NCBI GenBank assembly: GCA_963667465.2
Contig: CAXXDN010000002.1
Coordinates: forward strand, 1,088,001-1,152,000
DNA: 64,000 bases
Source: Dehalococcoidia bacterium
GTDB taxonomy: Bacteria > Chloroflexota > Dehalococcoidia > UBA2979
Reading direction: 5' to 3'
A program made the position numbers and the translations under genes. Below the pieces are notes generated by a model. The model made no database searches and was not told the DNA's origin. It saw nothing but the letters and a program-made list of their open reading frames with translations. Of the stretch, positions 53,073-62,650 are shown piece by piece; within the stretch, counting starts at the first letter, position 1; each line of letters starts with the position of its first letter.

Positions 53073-54403
53073 ATGACTGGCGGATCGCGCTGACGACGGC
53101 GACGCGACGCCCCCGCGTCTTCTGGGGCTGGTGGATCTTCGCGGCCGCGATCGTCGGGCAGTTCGTGACGATCGGCTTCGCCGCACAGGTCATCGGCGTG
53201 TTCCTCGTGCCGATGACCGAGGACCTCGGTTGGTCTCGCTCCGAGTTCGTGCTGGCCTCGTCGCTCGGCTTCGGGATCGGCGCGATCACCGGGATGCTGA
53301 TCGGCCCGCTGATCGACCGCTACGGCGCGCGGCCAATCATGCTCGTCGGGACGACGATCAGCGGCCTCGCGCTGGTCGGCGTCTCGCAGGTCGAGGAGCT
53401 GTGGGAGTTCATCCTTGTGCGCGGCGCGCTCACGCAAATCGGCCTCTTCATGATCGGCCCGTTCGTGGTCAACACCACGCTCTCCAAGTGGTTCGTCATC
53501 AACCGCGGGCGCGTGATCGCGCTTGCCTCGCTCGGCACGGGGATCGGCGGGATCATCCCGCCGCTCGTGCTCACGCCGATCGTCGATGGCGCCGGCTGGG
53601 AGCTCGGCTGGGTGGTGATGGGCATCACCACGCTGGTGCTGATGTACCCGTCCTCGCTCGTCATGCGCAGACAGCCGGAGGACTACGGGTTACTCCCCGA
53701 CGGCAAGACCGGCGACGAGGAACCAACGGCGCACGAGCTCGAGCAACTGGAGCTGATGCGGCAGGACTTCGACAACTCCTACACGCGCGGCGAGGCGCTG
53801 CGCACGCGCTCCATGTGGCTGCTCGTCTTCGGCTTTGCCTTCGCCGTGGCGGCGGTGGCGATCATGTACTCGCACGTGATCCCGTTCATGACCGACGTCG
53901 GCTACACGCGCTCCCAGGCGGCCGTTGCCTTCGCAGTCCAGGGTTCGTTCGCGCTGGTCTCGAAGTTCTACTGGGCCTGGGTCGTACAGAAGCACTCGCC
54001 GCGCGTCCTGACCGTGCTGACGATGGTGCTGATGGGTATCTCGACGGCGTTCCTGGTCCCCGCCGCGGACAGCGGGTACAGCGCTCTGCTTGTGGTATTC
54101 GCCGTGTTCGGCTTCGGGATCGGCGGTATGTTCCCGCTCTTCGACTTCATCTGGGCCTGGTACTTCGGGCGACAGCACATCGGGGCGGTGCGCAGCATGG
54201 GATTTCCGGTCAGCGTCGTAATCGCCGTGACAGGGCCGATCCTGACCGGGATCTACTACGACTCGGTCGGCAACTACCGGGGCGCGTTCTTTACCCTCGC
54301 GGTCCTCCTCGGCCTCGGCTCGGTGCTGATCCTCGCCTCACGCAAGCCCCCGGCGAAGGCCGCCCTCGAACCCGCCGAGGCGCGTGCCGCAGCCGCGGGC
54401 TAG
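53073..54403 (+). CDS. MFS transporter; the SD-linked ATG is out of frame (CTG start at 53090 or a single-base frameshift)
   Basis: 'VFWGWWI', 'GPLIDRYGAR', 'WYFGRQHIGAVRS'; GAGGAGG then ATG at 53073 reads MTGGSR*. Confidence 0.85.
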
Positions 54404-54444
54404 CCCCGCGCCCGCCGACCGTCGATCGCGCTATCGTGACCGCG

Positions 54445-55146
54445 ATGATCGACACAGTACTGTTCGACCTCGACGGGACGTTGCGCGACTGGGAAGCGGG
54501 CATCTCGCGGGCGCTCGCCGATCTGCGAGCCGAGGCGCCGGGGACGCTCCCTGAGGAGCTGCGCGAGGACCTCGACGCCCGCATCTGGCGTGCGATCGAC
54601 GAGCAGCTCGTTGTGCGCCGCGACGGGCGCGTCATGGAGCGGCGGCACTACTGGATCGACATCGACCCGATCCCTGTCTGGCGCACGCTGCTCCCCGACC
54701 TTCACCAACGCTCCCTCGACAAGCTGCTGGCCCGCTTCCGCGAGCTGATCGACGCCGTGCCCTTCGCCGATGTCTACCCCGCCCTCGAACAGTTGCGCGA
54801 GGGCTACGCGCTGGGCGTGCTGACCAACGGGCCGCGGCCGGAGTCCGTGCTGCGGCGCATGGGCTTCGCCCACTATTTCGACGCGATCGTGACGGTCTTC
54901 GGAGGGATCAAGAAGCCGGCGGGCGCGGCATTCGAGGGCGCACTCGACGCGCTCGGCGCGGAACCGGCGACGACGGCTCACGTCGGCGACAGCCTGATCG
55001 CGGACGTGCAGGGCGCGCTCAGCGCCGGCCTCACCCCGATCTGGATCGACCGCTTCGGCGATGACAACCCGCTGCCCGAGGGCGCGCATCGCATCGAGTC
55101 GTTGACAGAGCTGCCGGAGCTGCTCGCCTCACTCGCCGAGGGGTAG
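54445..55146 (+). CDS. HAD-superfamily hydrolase
   Basis: 'VLFDLDGTL', 'VLTNG', 'KKP', 'HVGDSLIADVQGA'. Confidence 0.92.
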   Translation: MIDTVLFDLDGTLRDWEAGISRALADLRAEAPGTLPEELREDLDARIWRAIDEQLVVRRDGRVMERRHYWIDIDPIPVWRTLLPDLHQRSLDKLLARFRELIDAVPFADVYPALEQLREGYALGVLTNGPRPESVLRRMGFAHYFDAIVTVFGGIKKPAGAAFEGALDALGAEPATTAHVGDSLIADVQGALSAGLTPIWIDRFGDDNPLPEGAHRIESLTELPELLASLAEG

Positions 55147-55181
55147 CCGCAGTGCGCGAAGCCTCGACCGGGGTGCGCCTG

Positions 55182-56525
55182 CTAATGGTGGCCCGCCGCG
55201 GTGGCGCCACTCGCCTCGGCGCTCGCCAACGGCCCGCGGCGCTGCGACGGCGGCGGGGCCGGTCGCGTTGAGGCGAGGAAGAGCAGCGAGCCGAGGCCTG
55301 CGACGAGCGCCAGGCCGATGAAGCCGCTGCGGTAGGAGCCGGTGAGGTCGTAGCTCAGCCCGGCGACGATCGGGCCCAGCACCATCCCGATGATGATGAT
55401 CAGCGACGAGAACCCCATCACTGTGCCGAACGAGGCGCGGCCGAAGTAGTCGGCGCGGATCGCCTGCGTCAGCGGGCCGCGCACGCCGAACGCGAGGCCG
55501 TGGATCACCGTGAAGGCGAGGGCGCCCCACAGCGAAATCCACAGCGTCAGCACGAGCAGCGACACCATGTGCCCGAGCATCGCCACCGTGAGGATGTAGC
55601 GCATCGGGAGCCGGTCGCCGAGGTAGCCGCCGCCGAGCATGCCGATCACGCTCGTCCCGGTCATCACCAGCAGCAGGTTCGCCGCCTGACCGAGCGAGTA
55701 GTCGAGGCTGTCCGTGACGTGCGAGACGAAGTGCACCATCACGGCGCCGACCACCAGCAGCGAGGCAGCGTGACCGAACGAGATCAGCCAGAAGGCGCGT
55801 GTCCTCAGCGCCTGCTGCAACGTGAAGTTGACCTCACCGGGGTCGAAATCACTCAGCCGGCCGTCGGCCGTCTGGTGCTGGAGCGGCGGGTCGCCGTCGA
55901 CACCGTAGCCGTACTGGGAGGGCCGGTGGCGCATGAAACTCGCGAGCGGCAAGCCGACGGCGATCACGATCAGCCCCGAGGCGATCGCGGTCTCGCGCCA
56001 GCCGATGTGCTCAAGCGACCACGCGACACCCGGCTGCAAGACACCACCGAAGGCGAAGCCAGCGGTGGCGATCCCGATCGCCAGCGCGCGCCTGCGATTA
56101 AACCAGTTCACGACCGCGACCATCATGCCCATCCCCGCACCGGCGCTCAGACCCAGCGCAATGACGATGAAGGCGAGATAGAACTCGGTGATGGTGTTGA
56201 TCTGGCTGAGCAGCAGGAACCCGAGCCCGAAGATCGTGATCCCGATCAGCATGATCCGCCGCGGACCGAATCGGTCGAGCGCCCAGCCCTGGATGGGGCC
56301 AAGCAGACCGGACTCGACCATCTGGATCGAGAAGGCGGCGGAGAGCGAGGTGCGGCTCCAGCCGAACTCGGCCTCCAGCACCACGACGTACTGCCCGAAG
56401 GCGTGGAACATCAGCCCGCCAAGGGTCGCGGAGAGCAGGAACCCTGCGGCCACGATGTACCAGCCGAAGAAGATGCGCCCGCCCCGCCTCGGCGTGGTGG
56501 GCAGGTCGGCCCGATCGAGCGTCAC
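55182..56525 (-). CDS. MFS transporter, paralogue of 5354..6646
   Basis: 'IFFGWYIVA', 'ESGLLGPIQGWALDRFGPR', 'RADYFGRASFGTVMGFSSL'. Confidence 0.9.
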   Translation of the reverse strand: MTLDRADLPTTPRRGGRIFFGWYIVAAGFLLSATLGGLMFHAFGQYVVVLEAEFGWSRTSLSAAFSIQMVESGLLGPIQGWALDRFGPRRIMLIGITIFGLGFLLLSQINTITEFYLAFIVIALGLSAGAGMGMMVAVVNWFNRRRALAIGIATAGFAFGGVLQPGVAWSLEHIGWRETAIASGLIVIAVGLPLASFMRHRPSQYGYGVDGDPPLQHQTADGRLSDFDPGEVNFTLQQALRTRAFWLISFGHAASLLVVGAVMVHFVSHVTDSLDYSLGQAANLLLVMTGTSVIGMLGGGYLGDRLPMRYILTVAMLGHMVSLLVLTLWISLWGALAFTVIHGLAFGVRGPLTQAIRADYFGRASFGTVMGFSSLIIIIGMVLGPIVAGLSYDLTGSYRSGFIGLALVAGLGSLLFLASTRPAPPPSQRRGPLASAEASGATAAGHH

Positions 56526-56630
56526 GGCCGCAACAGCGGCCCCGGCTCGCTGAGCGCCGTCGGGGGAGTGCTCGGGGTCAGCATGTTGCCCTCGATGATA
56601 GCGCGGCGAGTGCTACGGTCTGAGTACGGA

Positions 56631-56865
56631 TCATTCGACCACACCCAGCGCACCCCAGCTGCCTCCGTCTGGCCGCACGCTCGCCCGGATGTCGCCGTGG
56701 CGGACGCCCTCCCGGATCCGCATCTGGACGACGACACTGCGTTCATCGTCGAGCGTGTTGTCCGGAACCGATGGCCGCCGTGGCGGTGGCGCCGAGGGCA
56801 ATGAGCGCGACCAGCGTCGCGATCGCCAGCGTGGCCGTGACCGTGGTCCGCGGCAGGGCCTTCAC
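56631..56865 (-). pseudogene. Possible frameshifted, truncated remnant of a secreted protein
   Basis: GTG-start signal peptide MKALPRTTVTATLAIATLVALIALGATATAA; a shifted frame continues DERSVVVQMRIREGVRHGDIRASVRPDGGSWGALGVVE*. Confidence 0.4.
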
Positions 56866-56961
56866 CTGACTCGCGGCCTGCAGCGCGCCTCGTCCATCCG
56901 CCCGGCGCCTCGCGGCGCTGATCGCCGCCGTGCCGAAGGACAGCCTGCGTCAGGCGAGCGG

Positions 56962-57534
56962 CTACCCCTCGCGGGCCAGGCGCTCGCGGTGCGCCTCGCG
57001 CAGGGTCTCGAGGGCGCCCTCGAGCAGCTTCGGGATCTTCGCGTCGCCGAACGAGTAGAAGTCATCCAGCGCGCGCTCGAGGCCGAAGGCGACGTTGAAG
57101 CGGTGCGCCGTGTCGTAGCGGCCGACGATCAGCGCCAGCTCCACGATCTGCTCGTCCGTGTAGTGCTCACGCAGCTGCTCCAGCAGTTCGCCGTCGATGC
57201 CCTGCGCGTGTGCGGCCACCCAGCGCTCCGTGAAGCGCAGCGCCAGCTTCGTCTTTTCCGGGAGATCCGAGGCCTCGAAGTCCTGGACCTTCGCGACCAT
57301 CTCCTCGTCCATGCCTTCCTGCTGCGCCGCAGCAGATCGACCGGGGATTCACCACTTGCAATCGTTGAGATTCGCCGACTTCAGCCGGCAGAGGTCGACC
57401 GTGACCGGGTCAATCGAGGTGAACTCCTGCCACGCCGCGTGGAACAGCGCGAACGCCATCTGCGTCTCGGGCGCCAGACTGCGCGGGTTCGGGATGGTCC
57501 TCGGGCTGGCTTCCGGGTCGTGCACCTGCGTCAT
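56962..57534 (-). CDS. CMD/AhpD-like protein with in-frame TGA in a CxxU motif (candidate selenoprotein, 190 aa)
   Basis: ORFs 57349..57534 and 56962..57312 are in the same frame; read-through gives ..LCRLKSANLNDCKW-U-IPGRSAAAQQEGMDEE.., matching AhpD-like CxxC; hairpin follows the UGA. Confidence 0.85.
57318..57336 (-). promoter_or_regulatory. Candidate bacterial SECIS hairpin
   Basis: CUGCUGC-GGC-GCAGCAG; stem starts 13 nt and loop 20 nt after the UGA; G-first apical loop. Confidence 0.55.
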
Positions 57535-57563
57535 CGCGTCGCTCCCATTCTCGCGCCCCTTGC

Positions 57564-58223
57564 TTACGGCACCCAGATCCGCCGCGCCGCCTCGAGGCCG
57601 AGGACGAGCGGGCGACCGTTCAACTGAATTGTTACGGTTCCCCGATAGGGCGCAACCTCGATCACCTCGAAGCCCGCGCCGGGACGGATGCCTTCCTCGT
57701 CAAAGAAGCGCAGCAGCTCCTCGTCTTCCTCGTAGACCCGATCCACCGTCGCGCCAGCGCCCGCCTCGAGGTCCGTGAGGCGGCGCATGGAGAGCGGGTG
57801 GCCGTGGGTGGAGCCGGGGATGGGGTAGCCGAAGGGAGAGACCTTCGGGTTGCCGAGGCGCTCGACGATCAGCGGCTCGGTCACGTCCGAGATCGCGTGC
57901 TCCATCAGGTGCGCTTCCTCGTAGGCGCGCCACCACTCGAGGCCGAGCGTGTCCACCAGCAGGCACTCGGCGAGGCGGTGCCGCCGCACCATCTGCTCCG
58001 CCCTCGCGAAGCCGCTACCACTCAGCGAGATGCGCTTGCGCCCGTCGATCCGCACCAGCTTGTCGCGGCGCAGGCGCGTGAGCATACCCGCCGCCGAGGC
58101 CGGCTTGATGTCCAGCCGCTCGGCGACGCGGGCAGCGATCACTTCCTCCTGCTCGTCGTGCGAGAGGCGGTAGATCGTGGTCAGTGCGTCGTCGGCCGCG
58201 ACGTTGGTGACTTGCTTGGGCAT
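57564..58223 (-). CDS. DtxR/MntR-family metal-dependent regulator with C-terminal FeoA-like domain
   Basis: HTH 'AARVAERLDIKPASAAGML', 'RRHRLAECLL', 'EEAHLMEHAIS', 'PFGYPIP', FeoA-like tail. Confidence 0.93.
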   Translation of the reverse strand: MPKQVTNVAADDALTTIYRLSHDEQEEVIAARVAERLDIKPASAAGMLTRLRRDKLVRIDGRKRISLSGSGFARAEQMVRRHRLAECLLVDTLGLEWWRAYEEAHLMEHAISDVTEPLIVERLGNPKVSPFGYPIPGSTHGHPLSMRRLTDLEAGAGATVDRVYEEDEELLRFFDEEGIRPGAGFEVIEVAPYRGTVTIQLNGRPLVLGLEAARRIWVP

Positions 58224-58250
58224 TGTCCCTCCGCGCCATGATACTCCATG

Positions 58251-58290
58251 CGCGATTGCGCCCTTGCACGGCTGCGGGGGCGCAATCGCG
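58251..58290. promoter_or_regulatory. Long inverted repeat in the divergent promoter region
   Basis: CGCGATTGCGCCC-N14-GGGCGCAATCGCG, 13-bp perfect arms. Confidence 0.6.
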
Positions 58291-58364
58291 GTGACGGCAG
58301 ACGTTGCGTCGATGACTGGTTATGATGACGTTCCATATTCCCGCCGTCCCAACCCGGAGGCGCG

Positions 58365-58949
58365 GTGACCATCGAAGAACGCCCCCGCCTCGACGCCGAG
58401 CAGGACGCCGTGCTCGGCCCACTCGTGCGCATCATCGAGGAGGCTGCGGACTCACAGCCGTGGGCGCTCATCGGCGCGGCGGCGGCCCAGCTTCAGGGCG
58501 TCGCGGTCAGCGCCGCCAATATCGAGTTCATCACCAGCGACCCCGCAATCCGGGAGCTCGCCGGGATGCTCGGCGTGGACGCGAACTGGGAGCGCGGCGC
58601 CTACCTGGCCGCATCGAGGCTGCAGTTCCAGCGCGGGCAGGTGCCCGTCTTCGTCCACGCGAACCCCACCTTCCACGGCGCGTACGACACGCTCACGCCG
58701 CTCGAGATTCCCTCGCTCTGGGACGCCCGCGCCCCGATCGCATTCGAGGGCGCCACCGTCCTCGCCACGCCGCTCGAGTGGGAGTTGCTGCTCGCCGTCG
58801 TGCTCGGCAACACGGGACGCAGCGAAGCAATCCGCAACCACATCGAGACCAGCGGCGAGTGCGACACTCGCCTGCTCACGCGCCTGATGCGCGAGGGCCA
58901 CGTGGAGCACGAGACCGAGGAAGCCGTCTGGGCGCTGATCGGGCGCTGA
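58365..58949 (+). CDS. Nucleotidyltransferase-fold-like hypothetical protein
   Basis: 'PWALIGAAAAQLQGV...NIEFIT' resembles the hG[GS]..DhD motif but is degenerate; GGAGG SD. Confidence 0.65.
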   Translation: MTIEERPRLDAEQDAVLGPLVRIIEEAADSQPWALIGAAAAQLQGVAVSAANIEFITSDPAIRELAGMLGVDANWERGAYLAASRLQFQRGQVPVFVHANPTFHGAYDTLTPLEIPSLWDARAPIAFEGATVLATPLEWELLLAVVLGNTGRSEAIRNHIETSGECDTRLLTRLMREGHVEHETEEAVWALIGR

Positions 58950-58964
58950 TCCGGACTGGACGCG

Positions 58965-60077
58965 TCAACTCTCGCGGAGCAGCGGCGCCGCCTCGCGGCC
59001 GAGCCGGTCGTAGCGGCGCAGCAGCGCCGGCAGTGCGCGACCGCTGCGCGGCGCCTCGCGGTGCATCCGCTCGAACAGCCTCACGAGGCCCTCGAGGTCG
59101 GCGAGGTGCACGGTCTCCGCGCGCACGCGGCCGCGCGGGCCGGCGTTGTGGTAGTTGCCGAGCGCGATGCAGGCCGCGCCCGTCTCGTAGCCGTAGAGGT
59201 CGTAGGCCGTCGCCTCGGTCACGCCGCCGTCCATCAGCCGGCGCTGCCAGCCGAAGCTGTCCTGTTCCTCGGCCAGCTCCTGCGCGAGCGCCGTCATCCA
59301 CTGCGTCAGCGCGGGCGAGAAGATATGCAGCGCATCGCCGACGCGGATGATCGGACCACCGCCCTGCGCCGCCCGGCCGCCCGCGAACGAGGACGTCTCG
59401 ACCGCGATCACCAGCGCGTCGCCGGGCAGCAACTGCTCGCGCCCGACGACCGAGGCGCCGCGCAGCCCGACCTCCTCGGCGCGGGTGAAGAGGCCGACCA
59501 GGTGACCGGTCCGCCGCTCCGCGGCAACGCGCTCAAGCGTCGCGAGCACAGCGGCGCAGCCTGCGAGATCGTCGCAGGCGCGGGCCTGCACCAGATCGCC
59601 GCGAAAGCGGCAGGCCGGGACGTCCCAGAGCGCCAGGTCGCCCTCGGCGGCGCGCTCGCCCGAATCGAGCGTGGCTGCGGCGCCGGCCAGCCGCCGACGC
59701 TCGTCGCGCCGCACGGAGGTGATACTCGCGCGCGCGTGCGGCTTGCGTTCGCCCTCGCGGTAGAGGGCGAGGCGTTCGCCCCCGCCGTACTCGGCGGACA
59801 GTCCGCCGCGGAACTCGAGGCGCAGCCGCCGGCCCCGTACCCCCTCGACGACGAAGCCCGGATGGTCCATGTGCGCGCCAAGGACCAGCGGCCGGCGGCG
59901 GCGGCCGCGGCGATAGGTGATGTAGACGTTGCCGTACGCGTCCTCCTCGTGCGTCAGCCCGCGCTCGGCGGCGAAGGCGCGCAGGTACTCGCGCACACCG
60001 CCCTCGAGGTACGGCGCGGACGGGATTGAGACGACCTCGCGCACCAGCTCACGGAGCCGCTCCGGCACGTCCACCAC
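58965..60077 (-). CDS. M20/M28/M42-type metallopeptidase
   Basis: 'GAHMDHPG', 'RACDDLAG', 'TRAEEVG', 'LGNYHN'. Confidence 0.88.
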   Translation of the reverse strand: MVDVPERLRELVREVVSIPSAPYLEGGVREYLRAFAAERGLTHEEDAYGNVYITYRRGRRRRPLVLGAHMDHPGFVVEGVRGRRLRLEFRGGLSAEYGGGERLALYREGERKPHARASITSVRRDERRRLAGAAATLDSGERAAEGDLALWDVPACRFRGDLVQARACDDLAGCAAVLATLERVAAERRTGHLVGLFTRAEEVGLRGASVVGREQLLPGDALVIAVETSSFAGGRAAQGGGPIIRVGDALHIFSPALTQWMTALAQELAEEQDSFGWQRRLMDGGVTEATAYDLYGYETGAACIALGNYHNAGPRGRVRAETVHLADLEGLVRLFERMHREAPRSGRALPALLRRYDRLGREAAPLLRES

Positions 60078-60156
60078 GCGGCGCCCCCTTCCGGCTCGGC
60101 GGGGCCGATGCTACCCGCGCTCGCGCGCTGCCGCCTCCGGCGCGTACGATCGGGCG

Positions 60157-61443
60157 GTGACTAGCATGGACCCCGCAGCGCCAGACCCCACACCCCCACG
60201 CCGGCGGAAGCGCGCCCGGCGGCGGCGGCGCGTGCTCGATCGCCCGCGCAAGCCAATCGAGATCGAACTGACCGGCTTCGCCGCGGGTGGCAAGGCCGTG
60301 GGCCGTGCGCCCGACGGCCGCGTCGCCTTCGTCGAGTATGCGATCCCCGGTGAGCGCGTCCTCGCCGAGGTCGTCGAGGAGACGCCGTCCTACCTCGAGG
60401 CGACAACGGTCGAGGTGCGCGAGTCCTCGGAGTCACGCGTCGAGCCGCGCTGCCAGTACTTCGGGCGCTGCGGCGGCTGCCAGCTCCAGCACGTCGCCTA
60501 CGGGGAGCAGTTGCGCCTCAAGACCGGCATCGTGGGCGAACAGCTGCGCCGCATCGGCCGCTTCGAGGACGAGGCGATCGACGGGGTGCTGCGCGAGATG
60601 ATCGGCATGGCGGACCCGTGGGCGTACCGCAACCACATGCGCTTCACCGTGCGCCGCGACGGCGATGTCGGCTTCATGGAGCACGGCAGCCATCGCTTCC
60701 TGCGCATCGACCACTGCGAGATCGCGCTGCCCGCGGCCAACCGCGTGCTGCAGGACGCGCAGGGCCGCACGATGCAGACGCGCGCGCTGACCGTGCGCGC
60801 GGGAGAGCACAGCGGCGAGCTGCTGGTCCAGCCGAAGCTGCGCTGGCGCCCGCACCGCCGGGGTAACACGCGCAGCGGCCAGCCCAACTACCACGAGCTG
60901 CTGCGCGGGGCGCGCTACCGCGTCTCCTCGCCCGCCTTCTTCCAGGTCAACTCGCGGCAGGCCGAGCGGCTGATCGAGCTGGTCGTCGCGCGGGCCCGCG
61001 CGGTCCAGCCCCGCCTCGTCGCCGACGCCTACTCCGGAGTCGGCACGTTCGCCGTCGCGCTCGCGCAGGTGGTGCCGGACGTCGTGACGATCGAATACTC
61101 CGCCGCCGCCGGCGACGACGCCGAGGTCAATCTCGCGCCTTATGACAACGTGCGCCGCATCGTCGGCACCGTCGAGGATCAGCTCCCCGCGCTCGACCCC
61201 GCGCCCGACGTGGTCGTCGTCGACCCGCCGCGTGCGGGCCTCGACGCCTCCGTGATCGACGCGATCCTCGATTCGCGGGTGCGGCGGCTCGTCTACGTCT
61301 CCTGCGATCCGGCGACGCTCGCGCGCGATCTGCGCCGCCTCGCCGACGGCGGGATGGCGCTCGGCGAGGTGCAGCCGATCGACATGTTCCCGCACACCCA
61401 GCACATCGAGTGCATCTCCACGCTTGACCGGGCCGCGAGCTGA
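60157..61443 (+). CDS. rlmD: 23S rRNA (uracil-5)-methyltransferase RlmD/TrmA family with TRAM domain
   Basis: 'CQYFGRCGGCQLQH', 'FFQVN', 'VDPPRAG', 'YVSCDPATLARD', 'DMFPHTQHIEC'. Confidence 0.92.
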   Translation: MTSMDPAAPDPTPPRRRKRARRRRRVLDRPRKPIEIELTGFAAGGKAVGRAPDGRVAFVEYAIPGERVLAEVVEETPSYLEATTVEVRESSESRVEPRCQYFGRCGGCQLQHVAYGEQLRLKTGIVGEQLRRIGRFEDEAIDGVLREMIGMADPWAYRNHMRFTVRRDGDVGFMEHGSHRFLRIDHCEIALPAANRVLQDAQGRTMQTRALTVRAGEHSGELLVQPKLRWRPHRRGNTRSGQPNYHELLRGARYRVSSPAFFQVNSRQAERLIELVVARARAVQPRLVADAYSGVGTFAVALAQVVPDVVTIEYSAAAGDDAEVNLAPYDNVRRIVGTVEDQLPALDPAPDVVVVDPPRAGLDASVIDAILDSRVRRLVYVSCDPATLARDLRRLADGGMALGEVQPIDMFPHTQHIECISTLDRAAS

Positions 61444-61446
61444 GGC

Positions 61447-62064
61447 GTGGAGCAGCCCACGCTGGTCCTGGCCTCCGCGTCGCCGCGCCGGCGCGAGCTG
61501 CTCGCGGCGCTGGGCGTCGACTTCCACGTCCGTCCGACCGACGTGGACGAGACCAGCGAGGAGCCCGACCCACGTCGCCGGGCGTCGCAGCTCGCGCTGC
61601 GCAAGGCACGCGCCGCCACGCAGGCGCACCCGCAGGCGGCGGTCATCACCGCCGACACGATCGTCGTCCTCGACGAGCGCATGCTGGGCAAGCCGGACGG
61701 CTCCGGCGAGGCCGCCGCGATGCTCGATTCGCTGCGCGGACGCCGCCACGAGGTGGTGAGCTCCGTCGCAGTGACCTCGGAGGGCCGCGAAGCCGTCGAG
61801 GCGGCGGTGACAGCCGTGACGATGCGTGACTACGGCGAGGAGGAGATCGAGCGCTTCATCGCGCGCGGCGAGCCGTTCGACAAGGCGGGCGGCTACGCGG
61901 TGCAGGACCCGGAGTTCGCCCCGGCCACGAGCGTGGACGGCTGCCTCTGCGCCGTCATCGGGCTGCCGCTCTGGACCGTGCGCGGCCTGCTCGCGAGCGT
62001 CGCCGGCATCGAGGCTGCACCGCCCGCGCTGGAGCGCTGCGCCGCCTGCCCGCTGCGGGCGTAA
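61447..62064 (+). CDS. maf: Maf-family nucleoside triphosphate pyrophosphatase
   Basis: 'LVLASASPRRRELL', 'ADTIV', 'LGKP', 'DKAGGYAVQ', 'VIGLP'. Confidence 0.94.
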   Translation: MEQPTLVLASASPRRRELLAALGVDFHVRPTDVDETSEEPDPRRRASQLALRKARAATQAHPQAAVITADTIVVLDERMLGKPDGSGEAAAMLDSLRGRRHEVVSSVAVTSEGREAVEAAVTAVTMRDYGEEEIERFIARGEPFDKAGGYAVQDPEFAPATSVDGCLCAVIGLPLWTVRGLLASVAGIEAAPPALERCAACPLRA

Positions 62065-62083
62065 CCCCGGGGCGAGCCCGCGA

Positions 62084-62650
62084 CTACACCTGCACGACGA
62101 GCAGCTCGCCGACGAAGGTCGAGAGGCGCATCTGGACACGGCGTTCAGTTTGCTCGTAGCCCTCGCTGCGCACGTGGATGTCGCGCACGACGCCCTCCTC
62201 GCGACGGCCGAGGACGTCGACGCTGCCGACGATCGACTGCGCGGTGACGTCCACGCCGACGGCGCGCGGCACGCGCACCTGGATCGTACCGAGCCAGCAG
62301 AGCAGCGCCAGCTCCGTCTCGCCGGGCGGCAGCTCTGCCTCCCGCAGGTCGAGCTCGATGTCACCGACGACTGTCGAGATCACCGCATCGTCCTCGACAG
62401 TCCAGCCGTCCACGGAGGACCGCACGTGCCCGACCGCGAGGCGCAGCTTTCGCGAGAAGCGCCGCACGCGCCAGGCCGCGAGGATGGCGAGCGCGCCGAG
62501 CGCCACGAAGGCGAGGCCGAAGGCGCTGCCGATCGCGCCGGCGAGGCCGAGCGAACGCGCGCCGGTGCTGTCGATCAGCAGCACGGCGCCGAGCGTCACC
62601 AGATAGAGCGCGACGGTGATCGGGGCCACGTCGCGCGCGCGGGCGCTCAT
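62084..62650 (-). CDS. LiaF-like cell-envelope stress protein (DUF2154-type C-terminal domain)
   Basis: 2 TM helices, then '[34 protein letters not shown]'. Confidence 0.8.
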   Translation of the reverse strand: MSARARDVAPITVALYLVTLGAVLLIDSTGARSLGLAGAIGSAFGLAFVALGALAILAAWRVRRFSRKLRLAVGHVRSSVDGWTVEDDAVISTVVGDIELDLREAELPPGETELALLCWLGTIQVRVPRAVGVDVTAQSIVGSVDVLGRREEGVVRDIHVRSEGYEQTERRVQMRLSTFVGELLVVQV

